From positions 64,001 through 128,000 of the forward strand of contig CBDDBZ010000034.1 in the NCBI GenBank assembly GCA_965225945.1: a stretch of 64,000 nucleotides of DNA. The letters are read 5' to 3'. Positions within the stretch are counted from its first letter, which is position 1; each line of letters starts with the position of its first letter. Under the pieces are notes generated by a model, which was not told where the DNA came from, ran no database searches, and saw only the letters and a program-made list of their open reading frames with translations. Position numbers and translations under genes: made by a program. This DNA comes from Alphaproteobacteria bacterium. Lineage in GTDB: Bacteria; Pseudomonadota; Alphaproteobacteria; GCA-2731375. Below, piece after piece: positions 62,874 through 64,000 of this stretch.

Positions 62874-64000
62874 ATGAGCAGCGCGGGAGACGACTATAAG
62901 GTCGCCGATATTGGCCTGGCCGACTGGGGCCGCCGCGAGATCGCCATCGCCGAGACGGAAATGCCCGGGCTGATGGCCCTTCGCGAAGAGCACGGCGCCT
63001 CGCGTCCGCTCGCCGGCGCGCGCATCATCGGCTGCCTCCACATGACGATTCAGACGGCGGTCCTGATCGAGACCCTGACCGCGCTCGGCGCCGAGGTGCG
63101 CTGGTCCTCCTGCAACGTGTTCTCGACCCAGGATCATGCCGCCGCCGCGATCGCCGCCAGCGGCGTGCCCATCTTCGCCTGGAAGGGCGAGACGGAGGAG
63201 GAATATTGGTGGTGCGTCGACCAGAGCATCGTCGGCGACCCCGACTGGCGGCCCAATTTGCTGCTCGACGACGGCGGCGACCTGACCGTGGTGATGCACG
63301 AGAAGTATCCCGAATTGATGGTCGACGTGCGCGGCCTCTCGGAGGAGACCACGACCGGCGTGCATCGGCTCTACGAGATGGCCAAGGCAGGCACCCTCCA
63401 GGTGCCGGCGATAAACGTCAACGACTCGGTCACCAAATCCAAGTTCGACAATCTCTACGGCTGCCGCGAGAGCCTGGTCGACGGGATCAAGCGGGCCACC
63501 GACGTCATGCTGGCCGGCAAGGTGGCGGTGATCTGCGGCTATGGCGACGTCGGCAAGGGCTGCGCCGCCAGCCTCGGGGGCCAGGGGGCTCGGGTGGTGG
63601 TGACCGAGATCGACCCGATCTGCGCGCTGCAGGCGGCGATGGAAGGCTATCAGGTGGCGACGATGGAGGAGATGGCCGCCGTCGGCGACGTCTTCGTCAC
63701 CGCCACCGGCAACCGGGACATCATCACCATCGACCACATGCGCCGGATGAAGGACCGCGCGATCGTCTGCAACATCGGCCATTTCGACGCCGAAATCGAC
63801 GTCGCCTCGTTGCGCAACCTCACCTGGCACAACGTCAAGCCGCAGGTCGACGAGATCGAGTTTCCCGACGGCAAGCGGTTGATCCTGCTGGCCGAGGGCC
63901 GGCTGGTCAACCTCGGCTGCGCCACCGGTCATCCGAGCTTCGTGATGAGCACCTCCTTCACCAACCAGGTGCTGGCGCAGCTCGAACTGTGGCGGCGCGG
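62874..64000 (+). CDS. ahcY: Adenosylhomocysteinase (runs off the window)
   Basis: [64 protein letters not shown]. Confidence 0.97.
   Translation, partial: MSSAGDDYKVADIGLADWGRREIAIAETEMPGLMALREEHGASRPLAGARIIGCLHMTIQTAVLIETLTALGAEVRWSSCNVFSTQDHAAAAIAASGVPIFAWKGETEEEYWWCVDQSIVGDPDWRPNLLLDDGGDLTVVMHEKYPELMVDVRGLSEETTTGVHRLYEMAKAGTLQVPAINVNDSVTKSKFDNLYGCRESLVDGIKRATDVMLAGKVAVICGYGDVGKGCAASLGGQGARVVVTEIDPICALQAAMEGYQVATMEEMAAVGDVFVTATGNRDIITIDHMRRMKDRAIVCNIGHFDAEIDVASLRNLTWHNVKPQVDEIEFPDGKRLILLAEGRLVNLGCATGHPSFVMSTSFTNQVLAQLELWRR

Overview
GC-rich (~68-70%) alphaproteobacterial chromosome segment, probably Rhodospirillales-like. The housekeeping backbone is rpmH-rnpA-yidD-yidC-engB-argB and pckA-hugZ-MATE-chvI-chvG-hprK-rapZ-EIIA-HPr-ahcY. 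It also holds a branched-chain-type ABC transporter and many catabolic genes (PuuE-like deacetylases, DadA-like oxidase, isochorismatase, 2OG oxygenase, hydantoinase A/B, FAA hydrolase, SDR). Mobile DNA is abundant, and target duplications can be read directly for five elements: an IS4; an IS66 carrying a compact Dam-like adenine methyltransferase; a 755-bp transposase-less IS1595-type cassette carrying a cargo gene; an IS1595 inserted into a tyrosine-integrase + IS91/Y2-transposase element; and an IS1595 inserted in the operator palindrome of a phd-vapC module. The integrase/Y2 element itself has only approximate ends. There are also REP-like palindromes, a candidate orphan sRNA, a LexA-box-controlled zinc-ribbon gene and many gene-decay scars (microhomology deletions, tandem duplications, nonsense mutations, frameshifts). 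The most promising undescribed systems are the methyltransferase-carrying IS66 and the IS1595-type cargo cassette. No rRNA, tRNA or CRISPR array was seen. Family assignments come from motif recognition only; no database searches were run.
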